In this document: piece after piece, positions 1 to 7,976 of the stretch
Numbering within the stretch: the stretch's first letter is position 1
How the letters are laid out: the number at the start of each line of letters is the position of its first letter
Source of the DNA: Kiritimatiellia bacterium
GTDB taxonomy: Bacteria > Verrucomicrobiota > Kiritimatiellia > CAIQIC01 > JAGNIJ01
Direction of reading: 5' to 3'
Assembly (NCBI GenBank): GCA_018001225.1
Contig: JAGNIJ010000006.1
Location: 29,188-93,187 of the forward strand
Length of the DNA stretch: 64,000 nt
The notes under the pieces: generated by a model
What the model was told of the DNA's origin: nothing
What the model saw: only the letters and a program-made list of their open reading frames with translations
The model's database searches: none
Translations under genes and position numbers: made by a program

Positions 1-1
1 C

Positions 2-1129
2 ATGGAAAACTCGGGCGATATTTATCGCAAGGCGAATCAACCCTATCACGTGTCCCGCCGTTCCCGGCAACTGTGGGCCAGGCAGAGGGTGACGCCGGCT
101 ACCCCTCCCGCCGGAGATTCCCCGGGCGTGTCCCCGGCCCCGGAGGGGGCCCCTCCGCCCCGCGGCCGTGTCCGCCGCCGGCGCAAGAACACGTTCAGAT
201 CCCTCTGGCGAAAATACTTGAGCGGCCGTCTCAACAACTTGCTGGTCGCCTTCAGCCTGTTCATGGGCGGCGTCATGATGCTGGTGGTCCTGTCGCACTT
301 CCTGCGCTACCGGGCGGCGACCCGGCAGCAGGCGCGGGCCGCGGAAACCCCGGGCCCTCTCCCGGAAGCGGTCTCGACCAACACGATCCCCGCCGAATTG
401 CCGGACCGGATCGCCGCCTGGCGGCAGCTGCCGGACCGGCTGGCCGAGGCGGAAGGGCTGCGGATGAAGAACCGGAAGGCCGAGGCGGAAGCCCACTTGC
501 GCACGGCGCTGGAAATTCACCCGGCGTCGGCGGCCCTGCACCTGGCCCTGGCGCGGCACCTCGCCGACACCGCCCGCCCCGCGGACGCGGTGGCGCACCT
601 GGTCGCGGCCCTGGATGCGCAGCCGGCCGACGCCGGCGCGCGCCTCCTGCTGGCCGAGACGCTCGAGCAACTCGGCGAGCACGAGTTGTGCCGCCAGGTC
701 GCCGAGTGGATGCTCGAAAGCGATCCCTATTCCGAGGAGGCCCATCGCCTCGCCGCCACGTCGTATCTCAAGAGCGACCAGCCCCGCGCCGCTATCCCTC
801 ACTTGAGGAAGATCGTCAACCTGGAACTCGACAGCCTGGATGTCCAGAACGACCTGGCCGAGGCGTACAGCCTCGCGGGAGAATACGAGAAGGCGCTGAC
901 CACGCTGGAAAGCATCCTTCAGCAGGAGCCCGGCCATCCGTCGGCCCTGTTCACCCTGGCCGTTTGCCATGCGCGGCAGGCGAAGACGAACGAGGTCCTG
1001 GCCACCTTCCAGCGGGCCTCGGCGCTGATCGGCGCCGACGCGGTCAACGAGTGGATGAGCCGGCCGGAGTTGCAAGCCTGGCGAACGCCATCGGACGAAT
1101 CCGCGGCGAGCCCGGAAGCCGGGCCCTGA
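2..1129 (+). CDS. TPR-repeat membrane protein (possibly 5'-truncated by window edge)
   Basis: One hydrophobic TM segment (LLVAFSLFMGGVMMLVVLSHFL) followed by several TPR-like helical repeats (AEAHLRTALEIHPASAALHLALARHL..., EAYSLAGEYEKALTTLESILQQEP). Begins at ATG at window position 2. Confidence 0.55.
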   Translation: MENSGDIYRKANQPYHVSRRSRQLWARQRVTPATPPAGDSPGVSPAPEGAPPPRGRVRRRRKNTFRSLWRKYLSGRLNNLLVAFSLFMGGVMMLVVLSHFLRYRAATRQQARAAETPGPLPEAVSTNTIPAELPDRIAAWRQLPDRLAEAEGLRMKNRKAEAEAHLRTALEIHPASAALHLALARHLADTARPADAVAHLVAALDAQPADAGARLLLAETLEQLGEHELCRQVAEWMLESDPYSEEAHRLAATSYLKSDQPRAAIPHLRKIVNLELDSLDVQNDLAEAYSLAGEYEKALTTLESILQQEPGHPSALFTLAVCHARQAKTNEVLATFQRASALIGADAVNEWMSRPELQAWRTPSDESAASPEAGP

Positions 1130-1137
1130 CGGTCGCG

Positions 1138-1347
1138 CTACCCGTTCTTGGGGGCCGAGTCCGGTTTCTGGTCTTCTTCCGGCTTGGCCTCGGCGCCTTC
1201 CTTCTGGCCCTTCTTGAACTCCTGCATGCTGCGCCCCAGAGAGCGCGCCAGCTCGGGCAGTTTCTTCGCGCCGAAGAGCAGCAGGATCACCAGGAGAATC
1301 AGGATGATTTCCGGAACGCCCAGTCTGCTTAAAAACGCCAGGTTCAT
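1138..1347 (-). CDS. tatA: Twin-arginine translocase subunit TatA/E
   Basis: 69 aa. N-terminal TM helix then amphipathic helix and acidic tail (MNLAFLSRLGVPEIILILLVILLLFGAKKLPELARSLG...); classic TatA architecture and length. Confidence 0.8.
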   Translation of the reverse strand: MNLAFLSRLGVPEIILILLVILLLFGAKKLPELARSLGRSMQEFKKGQKEGAEAKPEEDQKPDSAPKNG

Positions 1348-1696
1348 AGGTTTTCCCCGTCCTTCCCCGGTGCCGCCGTGTCCCGGGCGTCTTTTCGGGC
1401 TGCGTCCCCGTTTTGCGGCCGGCCCGCGACCACGTCCGCCGTGACGAACGGGGGCCGGAACGGCCCGGTCACCCGGAGCGTGCCTGCCGGTTCATTTCCT
1501 CGATACAGTGTGAGTGTTTCACCCTCGGAAGGCAAGCGCTCACATTGCAGGACGACGAACCCGGCGGCCGAGTTGACCCGGATCACCCGCCCGACGAACG
1601 CCGGGGGCGGCACGGGGGCGGGGTTCGGCGGGACGGGCGCCCGGCACCCGGCCAGGGCCAGCACCGCCCCGGCGATCACGGCCGGCCATTTCACGG
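1344..1696 (-). CDS. small putative lipoprotein (GTG start), translationally coupled between glycosylase gene and tatA
   Basis: In-frame lipobox (VIAGAVLALAGC) after a GTG that overlaps the stop of the upstream gene as GTGA. Its own stop overlaps the tatA ATG as ATGA. No ATG start available. The rest of the 400-aa ORF in this frame is a GC artefact. Confidence 0.3.
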
Positions 1697-2419
1697 CCGG
1701 GGTCCTCCCCGGGGCAGCCAGCGGGCCAGCGGGCAATCCGCGCAGCGCGGCGCGGCGCGGCAGTGCGTCTTGCCCAGCCGGACGATGAGGGCGTGGAACT
1801 CGTTGAACAACCGGGTCTCCCGCGGCAGCGCGCGCGTGAACGCGCGCGCGATGTCGTCGTAGGACGCCCGCGGATCGATCCATCCGTGCCGCGCCATGAA
1901 CCGGCGCGTGTACGCGTCCACGACGAACACCGGCCGGCCCGCGGCATACAGCAGGATGCTGTCCGCCGTTTCGGGGCCGATCCCGTGGATGTCGAGCAGC
2001 TCCGCGCGGAGCGCGCCGGTCTCGAGCCGGAACAGCCGCGGCAGGCTGCCGTGTCGCGCGGTCACGCGGGAGGTCAGGGCGCGGAGCCGGCGGGCCTTGA
2101 CGCGGAAATAGCCGGCCGGGCGGATCAGGGTTTCCAGCCGGCGCCGGGGCAGGGCGTGGAGCCGCGGGAGGGACAGCGCGCCCGCGCGGCGCAGCCGCGC
2201 GATGGCCTTTTCCACGTTGCCCCAGGCGGTGTTCTGGGTGAGGACCGCGCCGACGACCACCTCGAAGCGGGTGCGGCCCGGCCACCAGTGCTGGGGCCCC
2301 CACGCGCGGAAGAGCGCGCGGAACACCGCGCGCCAGGTCCTGGATTTCGGGCTCTTCATGAGGCGGTTCCCATGATAGCGCAGATCGCGCGGCCTGGCCA
2401 TCGCCGCGAGACCCTTCAC
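1691..2419 (-). CDS. HhH-GPD superfamily base-excision DNA glycosylase (endonuclease III-like)
   Basis: VLTQNTAWGNVEKAI motif typical of the EndoIII/HhH-GPD family, then the helix-hairpin-helix LPGIGPETAD-like segment (IHGIGPETADSILLYA). C-terminal Cys cluster is partial (C-X5-C-X2-C only). Alternative start at 2401. Confidence 0.65.
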   Translation of the reverse strand: MKGLAAMARPRDLRYHGNRLMKSPKSRTWRAVFRALFRAWGPQHWWPGRTRFEVVVGAVLTQNTAWGNVEKAIARLRRAGALSLPRLHALPRRRLETLIRPAGYFRVKARRLRALTSRVTARHGSLPRLFRLETGALRAELLDIHGIGPETADSILLYAAGRPVFVVDAYTRRFMARHGWIDPRASYDDIARAFTRALPRETRLFNEFHALIVRLGKTHCRAAPRCADCPLARWLPRGGPRP

Positions 2420-2478
2420 GCGCGGGAGGGTTGCGCGCGCCGCGTCCGCACGGTAAGGTAACCGACAACCGGAGAGCG

Positions 2479-3867
2479 ATGATGCGATTACAATTCCTCG
2501 GCGGCGTGGACACGGTGACCGGCACCCAGCACCTCGTCGAATCCAACGGCGCTCGCGTGCTGCGCGACTGCGGCCTCTACCAGGGCCGCCGCGCGGAGTC
2601 CCGGGAGATCAACAGCCGCCTGCCGTTCGATCCGAAGAGTCTCGACTCCGTGGTCCTCTCGCACGCGCACATCGACCACTGCGGCAACCTGCCCTCCCTC
2701 GCGCGCGCCGGCTTCCGCGGACCGATCCACGCCACCACGGCCACCGCGGCGCTCTGCGGCGTGATGCTGCGGGACTCGGCGCACATCCAGGAGCAGGACG
2801 CCGCCTACCTGAACCAGAAGACCAGCCGGAAGGGCGAGGAGCCCGTGGTGCCCCTCTATACCCTGCGGGACGCCGAGGCCGCGCTGGGGCTGTTCCGGGG
2901 CTACCGCTACGGGGAGCCCGTGGACGTCGCGCCCGGCCTGCAGGCGACGTTCCGCGACGCCGGCCACATCCTCGGCGCCGCGCTGACGGTTTTCACGGAA
3001 CGGCGCGACGGCGCGGAGAAACGCGCCGGCTTCGCCGTGGACCTGGGGCGCGAGGGCCTGCCCCTGATCCGCGACCCCGAGCCCATGGAGAACCTGGATG
3101 CCCTGGTGCTGGAAAGCACCTACGGCGACCGCCTGCACGGCGAGGCCGCCGCCGCGGAGGACCAGTTATGCGACGTCGTCCAGCGGACCCTGCGGCGCGG
3201 CGGCAAGGTAATGATTCCCTCGTTCGCGCTGGAGCGGACGCAGGAGGTGGTCTACCACCTCGCCTCGCTGGTCCAGGCCGGGCGCCTCGCCAACCTGCGG
3301 GTCTACGTCGACAGCCCCATGGCCACCGCGATCAGCGGCCTGTTCGAGCAGTTCGCGGACTACCTGGACGACGAGTACCGCCAGCTCAACCACCGGTTCG
3401 GCTCGGTCATGTACCCGGAATGGGTGCGGTACATCGCCAGCGTCGACGAGTCCAAGGCCGTGACCGCCTGCCCGGATTCCTGCATCATCATCGCCGCCTC
3501 CGGCATGTGCGAGCACGGGCGCATCCTGCACCATCTCAAGCACGGCATCGAGAACCCGAAGAACACCGTGGTCATGGTCGGGTTCCAGGCCGCGCACACC
3601 CTCGGCCGCCGCCTGCTGAACGGCGAGAAGAAGGTCCGCATCTTCGGCGACTGGTTCGAACCGAAAGCGGAAGTGGTCGATCTCGATGCCTTCAGCGCGC
3701 ACGCGGACCGGAATGAACTGCTGGACTACGTCGCCCGCACCCGGCCGAAGCGGATCTTCCTGGTGCACGGCGAGCCGGACCAGCGCGCGGCGCTCGCCGC
3801 CGCGCTGAAGGAGAAGACCGACGCGCCCGTTGAACTGCCGAAACCGGGAGACGTAGCGGATATCTAG
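2479..3867 (+). CDS. MBL-fold metallo-hydrolase, beta-CASP family ribonuclease (RNase J / CPSF-like)
   Basis: HAHIDHCG metallo-beta-lactamase motif, the N-terminal LQFLGGVDTVTG pattern, and a C-terminal beta-CASP/RNA-specificity region. Start chosen at MMRLQF (in-frame ATGs also at 2431 and 2482). Confidence 0.75.
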   Translation: MMRLQFLGGVDTVTGTQHLVESNGARVLRDCGLYQGRRAESREINSRLPFDPKSLDSVVLSHAHIDHCGNLPSLARAGFRGPIHATTATAALCGVMLRDSAHIQEQDAAYLNQKTSRKGEEPVVPLYTLRDAEAALGLFRGYRYGEPVDVAPGLQATFRDAGHILGAALTVFTERRDGAEKRAGFAVDLGREGLPLIRDPEPMENLDALVLESTYGDRLHGEAAAAEDQLCDVVQRTLRRGGKVMIPSFALERTQEVVYHLASLVQAGRLANLRVYVDSPMATAISGLFEQFADYLDDEYRQLNHRFGSVMYPEWVRYIASVDESKAVTACPDSCIIIAASGMCEHGRILHHLKHGIENPKNTVVMVGFQAAHTLGRRLLNGEKKVRIFGDWFEPKAEVVDLDAFSAHADRNELLDYVARTRPKRIFLVHGEPDQRAALAAALKEKTDAPVELPKPGDVADI

Positions 3868-4005
3868 AATACAAACCTCCCCGGCGACCTTGTGTCGCCG
3901 GAAGGAAGGTTGGGTTGAACGGAGCGCTTTTCCAGACCTTCGCTCCCGCGACACAAGGTCGCGGGGGGCGAGACCAACCAGAAACACCGGACACCTTTTC
4001 TCCCC

Positions 4006-4902
4006 ATGCCCCACCCGAACTCATCGGACCTGAAACCCGCGGCCCTGGTGGCCGTGGTCGGCCGCGCCAACGCGGGCAAATCCACGCTGGTCAACGCGCT
4101 GGTCGGCGAGAAGGTCAGCATCGTCAGCCCCGTGGCCCAGACCACGCGGACGCGGGTGCGGGCGATCCTGACCGAGCCGCGCGGGCAACTGGTATTTCTC
4201 GACACGCCCGGCGTCCACAAGGCGACGTACGACCTCGGCAAGGTCATGAACCGCGCCGCCCGCGCCTCGGTGGAGGGCGCCGATATCGTCCTGCTGGTTC
4301 TCGATGCCTCGCGGCCGCTGCGCGAGGAGGATCTGGGCTGGATCAAGCGGCTGGGCCGCGGCGAGACACCCGTGGTGGTCGCGCTCAACCAGGCCGACCG
4401 GGGCGCGGCGCACGCGCCGGACGGCGGGAGCGCGTGGGAGAAGCCGCCCGCCGCGCAGGTCGCGGTGTCCGGGTTGACGGGGCAGGGGACCGGCGAGTTG
4501 CTCGCGGCCCTGTTCCGGCTCGCGCCTGCCGGCCCGCCGCTGTTCCCCGACAACGTGGTCACCGACTATCCCCGCAAGCTCATCATCGCCGACACCGTGC
4601 GCGAGAAGTATTTCCAGGTGCTGAAGGAGGAGTTGCCCCATGCCCTCGCGGTCGAGGTGGAAAGCTTGGAGGAGGGGCCGGACGGGTGGGTTGCCGAGGG
4701 GACGGTTTTCGTGCAGAAGAGTTCCCAGAAAGGCATCGTGCTGGGGGCGAAGGGCCGCCTGCTCAAGCGCGTCCAGGCCGCCGCGGAAAAGGAACTTGCC
4801 GAGATCTACGGGCATCCGGTGACCCTGTACCTCTGGGTCAAGGTGGACCCGAACTGGAGCCGGAATTTCTGGATGCTCCGGCGGCTCGGGTACGTGGAAT
4901 AA
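4006..4902 (+). CDS. era: GTPase Era
   Basis: G1 P-loop GRANAGKST, G3 DTPG, G4 NQAD motifs, plus a C-terminal KH-domain region (VESLEEGPDGWVAEGTVFVQKSSQKGIVLGAKG). Confidence 0.85.
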   Translation: MPHPNSSDLKPAALVAVVGRANAGKSTLVNALVGEKVSIVSPVAQTTRTRVRAILTEPRGQLVFLDTPGVHKATYDLGKVMNRAARASVEGADIVLLVLDASRPLREEDLGWIKRLGRGETPVVVALNQADRGAAHAPDGGSAWEKPPAAQVAVSGLTGQGTGELLAALFRLAPAGPPLFPDNVVTDYPRKLIIADTVREKYFQVLKEELPHALAVEVESLEEGPDGWVAEGTVFVQKSSQKGIVLGAKGRLLKRVQAAAEKELAEIYGHPVTLYLWVKVDPNWSRNFWMLRRLGYVE

Positions 4903-4999
4903 GCTTCGCCGCGCTGGAGGCGGGCCGCCCCCGGCCCGCGTCGGACGTCTTGTCGCCGCTTGACTCGATCACCGTACGGGGTATTGTGAAATGGATCGC

Positions 5000-5095
5000 T
5001 CGCGGGGGAGCTTGCTCGGCAGGCTGAGATTCCTCCATGAAGGAGAACCCCTGGAACCTGTACGGGTAATACCGTCGAAGGGAAGCGGCGCGAAC
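5000..5095 (+). promoter_or_regulatory. TPP (THI-box) riboswitch aptamer in the 5' leader of the PurM-family gene
   Basis: GGGGAGC...CUGAGA..(hairpin)..ACCC..GGAACCUGUACGGGUAAUACCGUCGAAGGGAA matches the conserved THI-element blocks (CUGAGA, ACCC, GAACCUG, GGnUAAUACC, CGnAGGGAA). Followed by a perfect hairpin ACGGGGTCTC...GAGACCCGT and the RBS GAAGGAGAA. Confidence 0.7.
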
Positions 5096-5172
5096 GGGGT
5101 CTCCCGGCGAGACCCGTTGCATTCCCGCCCCCGGGCCAGGACTCCCACGCGAACGGCCGAAGGAGAACCGCC

Positions 5173-6219
5173 ATGGCCCAACTCGGAAAAATCACGGACG
5201 ATTTCTTCCAGAAGATCATCAAGCCCCGCCTCGGCGCGAAGCGGCCCGAGGTGGCCGTCGGTCCCGAGCAGGGCGTGGACGTCGGCATCATCGAGCTCGG
5301 CGAGTACGCCCTCGCGATGACCGCCGACCCGGTGTTCATCGTGCCCGAGTACGGCTTCGAGCGCTCGGCCTGGTTCGCGATCCATATCCTCGCCAGCGAC
5401 GCGGCCACCTCTGGCCTGCCGCCGGCCTTCCTTTCCATCGATCTCAACCTTCCGCCCGAATTGCCCGACGCGGACCTGGCGGCGATGTGGGAGGTGATCC
5501 ACCGCGAGTGCGAAAAGATGGGCGCGGCGATCGTCACGGGGCACACCGGCCGGTATGATAATTGCCATTATCCCATGGTCGGCGGGGCGACGTTCATGGC
5601 CCTGGGCCCGCGGGATGCGTACTGCTCGCCGAAGTTCTGCCGGCCGGGCGACCGGATCATCATCACCAAGGGGCCCGCCGTCGAGGCCACGGGCATCTTC
5701 GCCGCGATGTTCCCAGGCCGGATCGAGAACGAATTCGGGGCCGCGGTCCGGAAACAGGCGGAGGACGTTTTCTACAAGATGTCCGTGGTCGAGGACGCGC
5801 GGATCGCGGCGTCCGTCGGCACGCGCGATCGCGGTGTGGCCGCGATGCACGACGCGACCGAGTACGGCATCACCGGCGGCCTGCTGGAATTCGCGAAGGC
5901 CGCGGGGCTGGGCCTGGTGGCGCACTACGACGAGATCGTCATGACGCCGGCCGTCGCGGAAATCTGCCGGTTGTTCGAAATGGAGCCCTTCAGCAGCATC
6001 AGCGAGGGCACGCTCATCGCCGCGGTCCGGCCGCACGCCGCCGGAGAAGTGTTGCGGCGGCTCCAGGATCGGGGCATTCTGGCCTCGATTTGCGGCGAGA
6101 TGACGCCGGCGTCGGACGGGATCCACGCGGTGATCGGCGGGAAGAAAAAGCCGATGGAACACCCGGGCGAGGATCCCTTCTGGGCCGCGTTCTTCCGCGC
6201 GCTGAAAGAGCGGGGATGA
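5173..6219 (+). CDS. AIR-synthase-related (PurM superfamily) protein, putative thiamine-monophosphate kinase-like enzyme under TPP riboswitch control
   Basis: PurM-like N-terminal domain pattern (GVDVGII...AMTADP...ASDAATSG, comparable to ThiL/HypE/PurM). The upstream THI-box suggests a thiamine-related role. No C-terminal Cys, unlike HypE. Confidence 0.6.
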   Translation: MAQLGKITDDFFQKIIKPRLGAKRPEVAVGPEQGVDVGIIELGEYALAMTADPVFIVPEYGFERSAWFAIHILASDAATSGLPPAFLSIDLNLPPELPDADLAAMWEVIHRECEKMGAAIVTGHTGRYDNCHYPMVGGATFMALGPRDAYCSPKFCRPGDRIIITKGPAVEATGIFAAMFPGRIENEFGAAVRKQAEDVFYKMSVVEDARIAASVGTRDRGVAAMHDATEYGITGGLLEFAKAAGLGLVAHYDEIVMTPAVAEICRLFEMEPFSSISEGTLIAAVRPHAAGEVLRRLQDRGILASICGEMTPASDGIHAVIGGKKKPMEHPGEDPFWAAFFRALKERG

Positions 6220-6244
6220 ACCACGGATTACACGGATCGCGCGG

Positions 6245-7849
6245 ATGAATTCAAGCATGGCTCCATCCGCGTTATCCACGACATCCGCGGGTTCACCTTC
6301 CGCGGAACGGGCCGGCTCCGAACGTCGGCGCTTGGTGGCGATGGTGCTGGTTCTCGCGCTGGTGGCCGTCCTGCCGTACACGCGCGGCCTGAAGCATGAG
6401 TTCGTCTACGACGACCTGGGCTCGATCGCGGAAAACGCCTTCCTGAATGAACCTGGCGCCGCCGCCCGCGCGTTGACCGGCCGCACGCTGCTGGACACGA
6501 CCGTCCCCGACGGGCGCCGGCCGGTCGTGATCGCGTCCTACTTGCTGGACCGGGCGCTGTGGGGCCTGCGGCCCTTCGGCTTTCACCTGGCGAACGTGCT
6601 GCTGCACGCGGGTGTTGTTCTTCTGCTATTCGGGCTCTTGCGCCGGTTGACGGGCGGGCGCTTCATTCCCTGGGCCGCCGCCCTGCTGTTCGCGCTGCAT
6701 CCCGTGGATGTCGAGGTGGTCCAGTCGCCGGCATTCCGCGAGGACCTGCTGGCGGCCCTGTTCGGCCTGGCGTTCCTGCGGGTCGCACTGGCCGGCGGTC
6801 CGGCGGCGTGGTGGTCCGTCCCGCTGCTGGGTCTGGCGCTGCTTTCCAAGGAGTCGGCGGTGGTTCTCGTTCCGCTGCTCGGCTGGATGGCGCTCTGCTT
6901 TCCTGTCGCGGGTCCGGATCGCCGAAAAGCGGTCCGCCTCTTGCTGGCCGGCCTCGGGTTGATCCTCGCCGCCGCCGCCCTGTGGTGGGGTAGCGGTTCG
7001 GTGCAGGCGGCGATGGGGGCCCCGGTCGGCATCGGCCTGCCGTTCCCGGAGAACCTCTGGACGGCGCCCTGGCTCTGGGTGAAGGCCCTGCGCTACCTGG
7101 TCCTGCCGTGGCCCCTGGTCGTGGACCACGTGGTGGAGCCCGTGCCGTCCTGGTCGTCGCCGGCCTGCCTCGCGGGCATCGCGCTCGCGGCGGGATTGGG
7201 CGCGGTTGCGTGGCTGATGCGCCGCCGGGCCCCGGACCTCGCGCTGGGGTTGGGCTGGCTGCTGCTGGCTTTCCTGCCGGTCTCGAACCTGGTTCCGCTC
7301 TTCAATCCGTTCGCCGAGCGCTATCTCTACTTCATGGCGCCCGGCGCCGCGCTGCTGGCGGCCGGGCTGCTGGCCCGGTGGCCCTCGCCCCGCGCGCGGG
7401 CGGCCGGCCTGGCCGCACTCGCCGCCGCCGGCGCGGCCCTGATCCTCCTGCGGCTCCCGGACTGGTCGGACAACGCCACGCTGTGGCGCCGCACGCTGGA
7501 GCGGGAGCCCCGCAGCGCGCGGGCGCATACCTGGGTCGCGCTGGATCTGAAACACAGGGGCGAACTCGACGAGGCGCGCCGCCTGCTGGAAGAGGCGGAC
7601 CGGCTGAACCCGCAGGACACGTCGGCGCTGGTCAATCTCGCGATCCTGTCGGGGCAGGCGGGGCAGCTCGAGGCGGCGGTGGCCCTGCTGCGCGAGGCGA
7701 CCCGCCGCCGGCCGGACAAGGCGGACGCGTGGTGGAACCTGGCCGTGGCCCTGAACCTCCAGGGCCGGACCGACGAGGCGGCGGACGCCGTGCGCCGCAC
7801 CCTGGAGGCCGATCCCCGCCACCCGGCCGCGCGCGCCGCCCGGGAATAA
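6245..7849 (+). CDS. TMTC-like polytopic membrane protein (DUF1736-like N-terminal region) with C-terminal TPR repeats; putative glycosyl/mannosyl-transferase family
   Basis: About 10 predicted TM helices with the hallmark FVYDDL motif near the N-terminus, then TPR repeats (AHTWVALDLKHRGELDEARRLLEEADRLNPQD...). Confidence 0.55.
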   Translation: MNSSMAPSALSTTSAGSPSAERAGSERRRLVAMVLVLALVAVLPYTRGLKHEFVYDDLGSIAENAFLNEPGAAARALTGRTLLDTTVPDGRRPVVIASYLLDRALWGLRPFGFHLANVLLHAGVVLLLFGLLRRLTGGRFIPWAAALLFALHPVDVEVVQSPAFREDLLAALFGLAFLRVALAGGPAAWWSVPLLGLALLSKESAVVLVPLLGWMALCFPVAGPDRRKAVRLLLAGLGLILAAAALWWGSGSVQAAMGAPVGIGLPFPENLWTAPWLWVKALRYLVLPWPLVVDHVVEPVPSWSSPACLAGIALAAGLGAVAWLMRRRAPDLALGLGWLLLAFLPVSNLVPLFNPFAERYLYFMAPGAALLAAGLLARWPSPRARAAGLAALAAAGAALILLRLPDWSDNATLWRRTLEREPRSARAHTWVALDLKHRGELDEARRLLEEADRLNPQDTSALVNLAILSGQAGQLEAAVALLREATRRRPDKADAWWNLAVALNLQGRTDEAADAVRRTLEADPRHPAARAARE

Positions 7850-7854
7850 TCGTA

Positions 7855-7886
7855 ACAAAACACATCACGGCCGTGATGTATTTTGT
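7855..7886. promoter_or_regulatory. 32-bp near-perfect palindrome (ACAAAACACATCACGG|CCGTGATGTATTTTGT) between the TMTC-like gene and gspE
   Basis: 16-bp arms with one mismatch, AT-rich relative to surroundings. Lies 6 nt after the upstream stop and about 90 nt before the gspE start. No T-tract follows, so not a classical terminator. Confidence 0.4.
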
Positions 7887-7976
7887 TGCAGTTAATCCAT
7901 GTGAACGCGGGGGCCCTCGGGGCGGACTAAACGGGTGCGGGGCGGCCGGATGGCCCTTGAATCCGGCTGCCCGACC

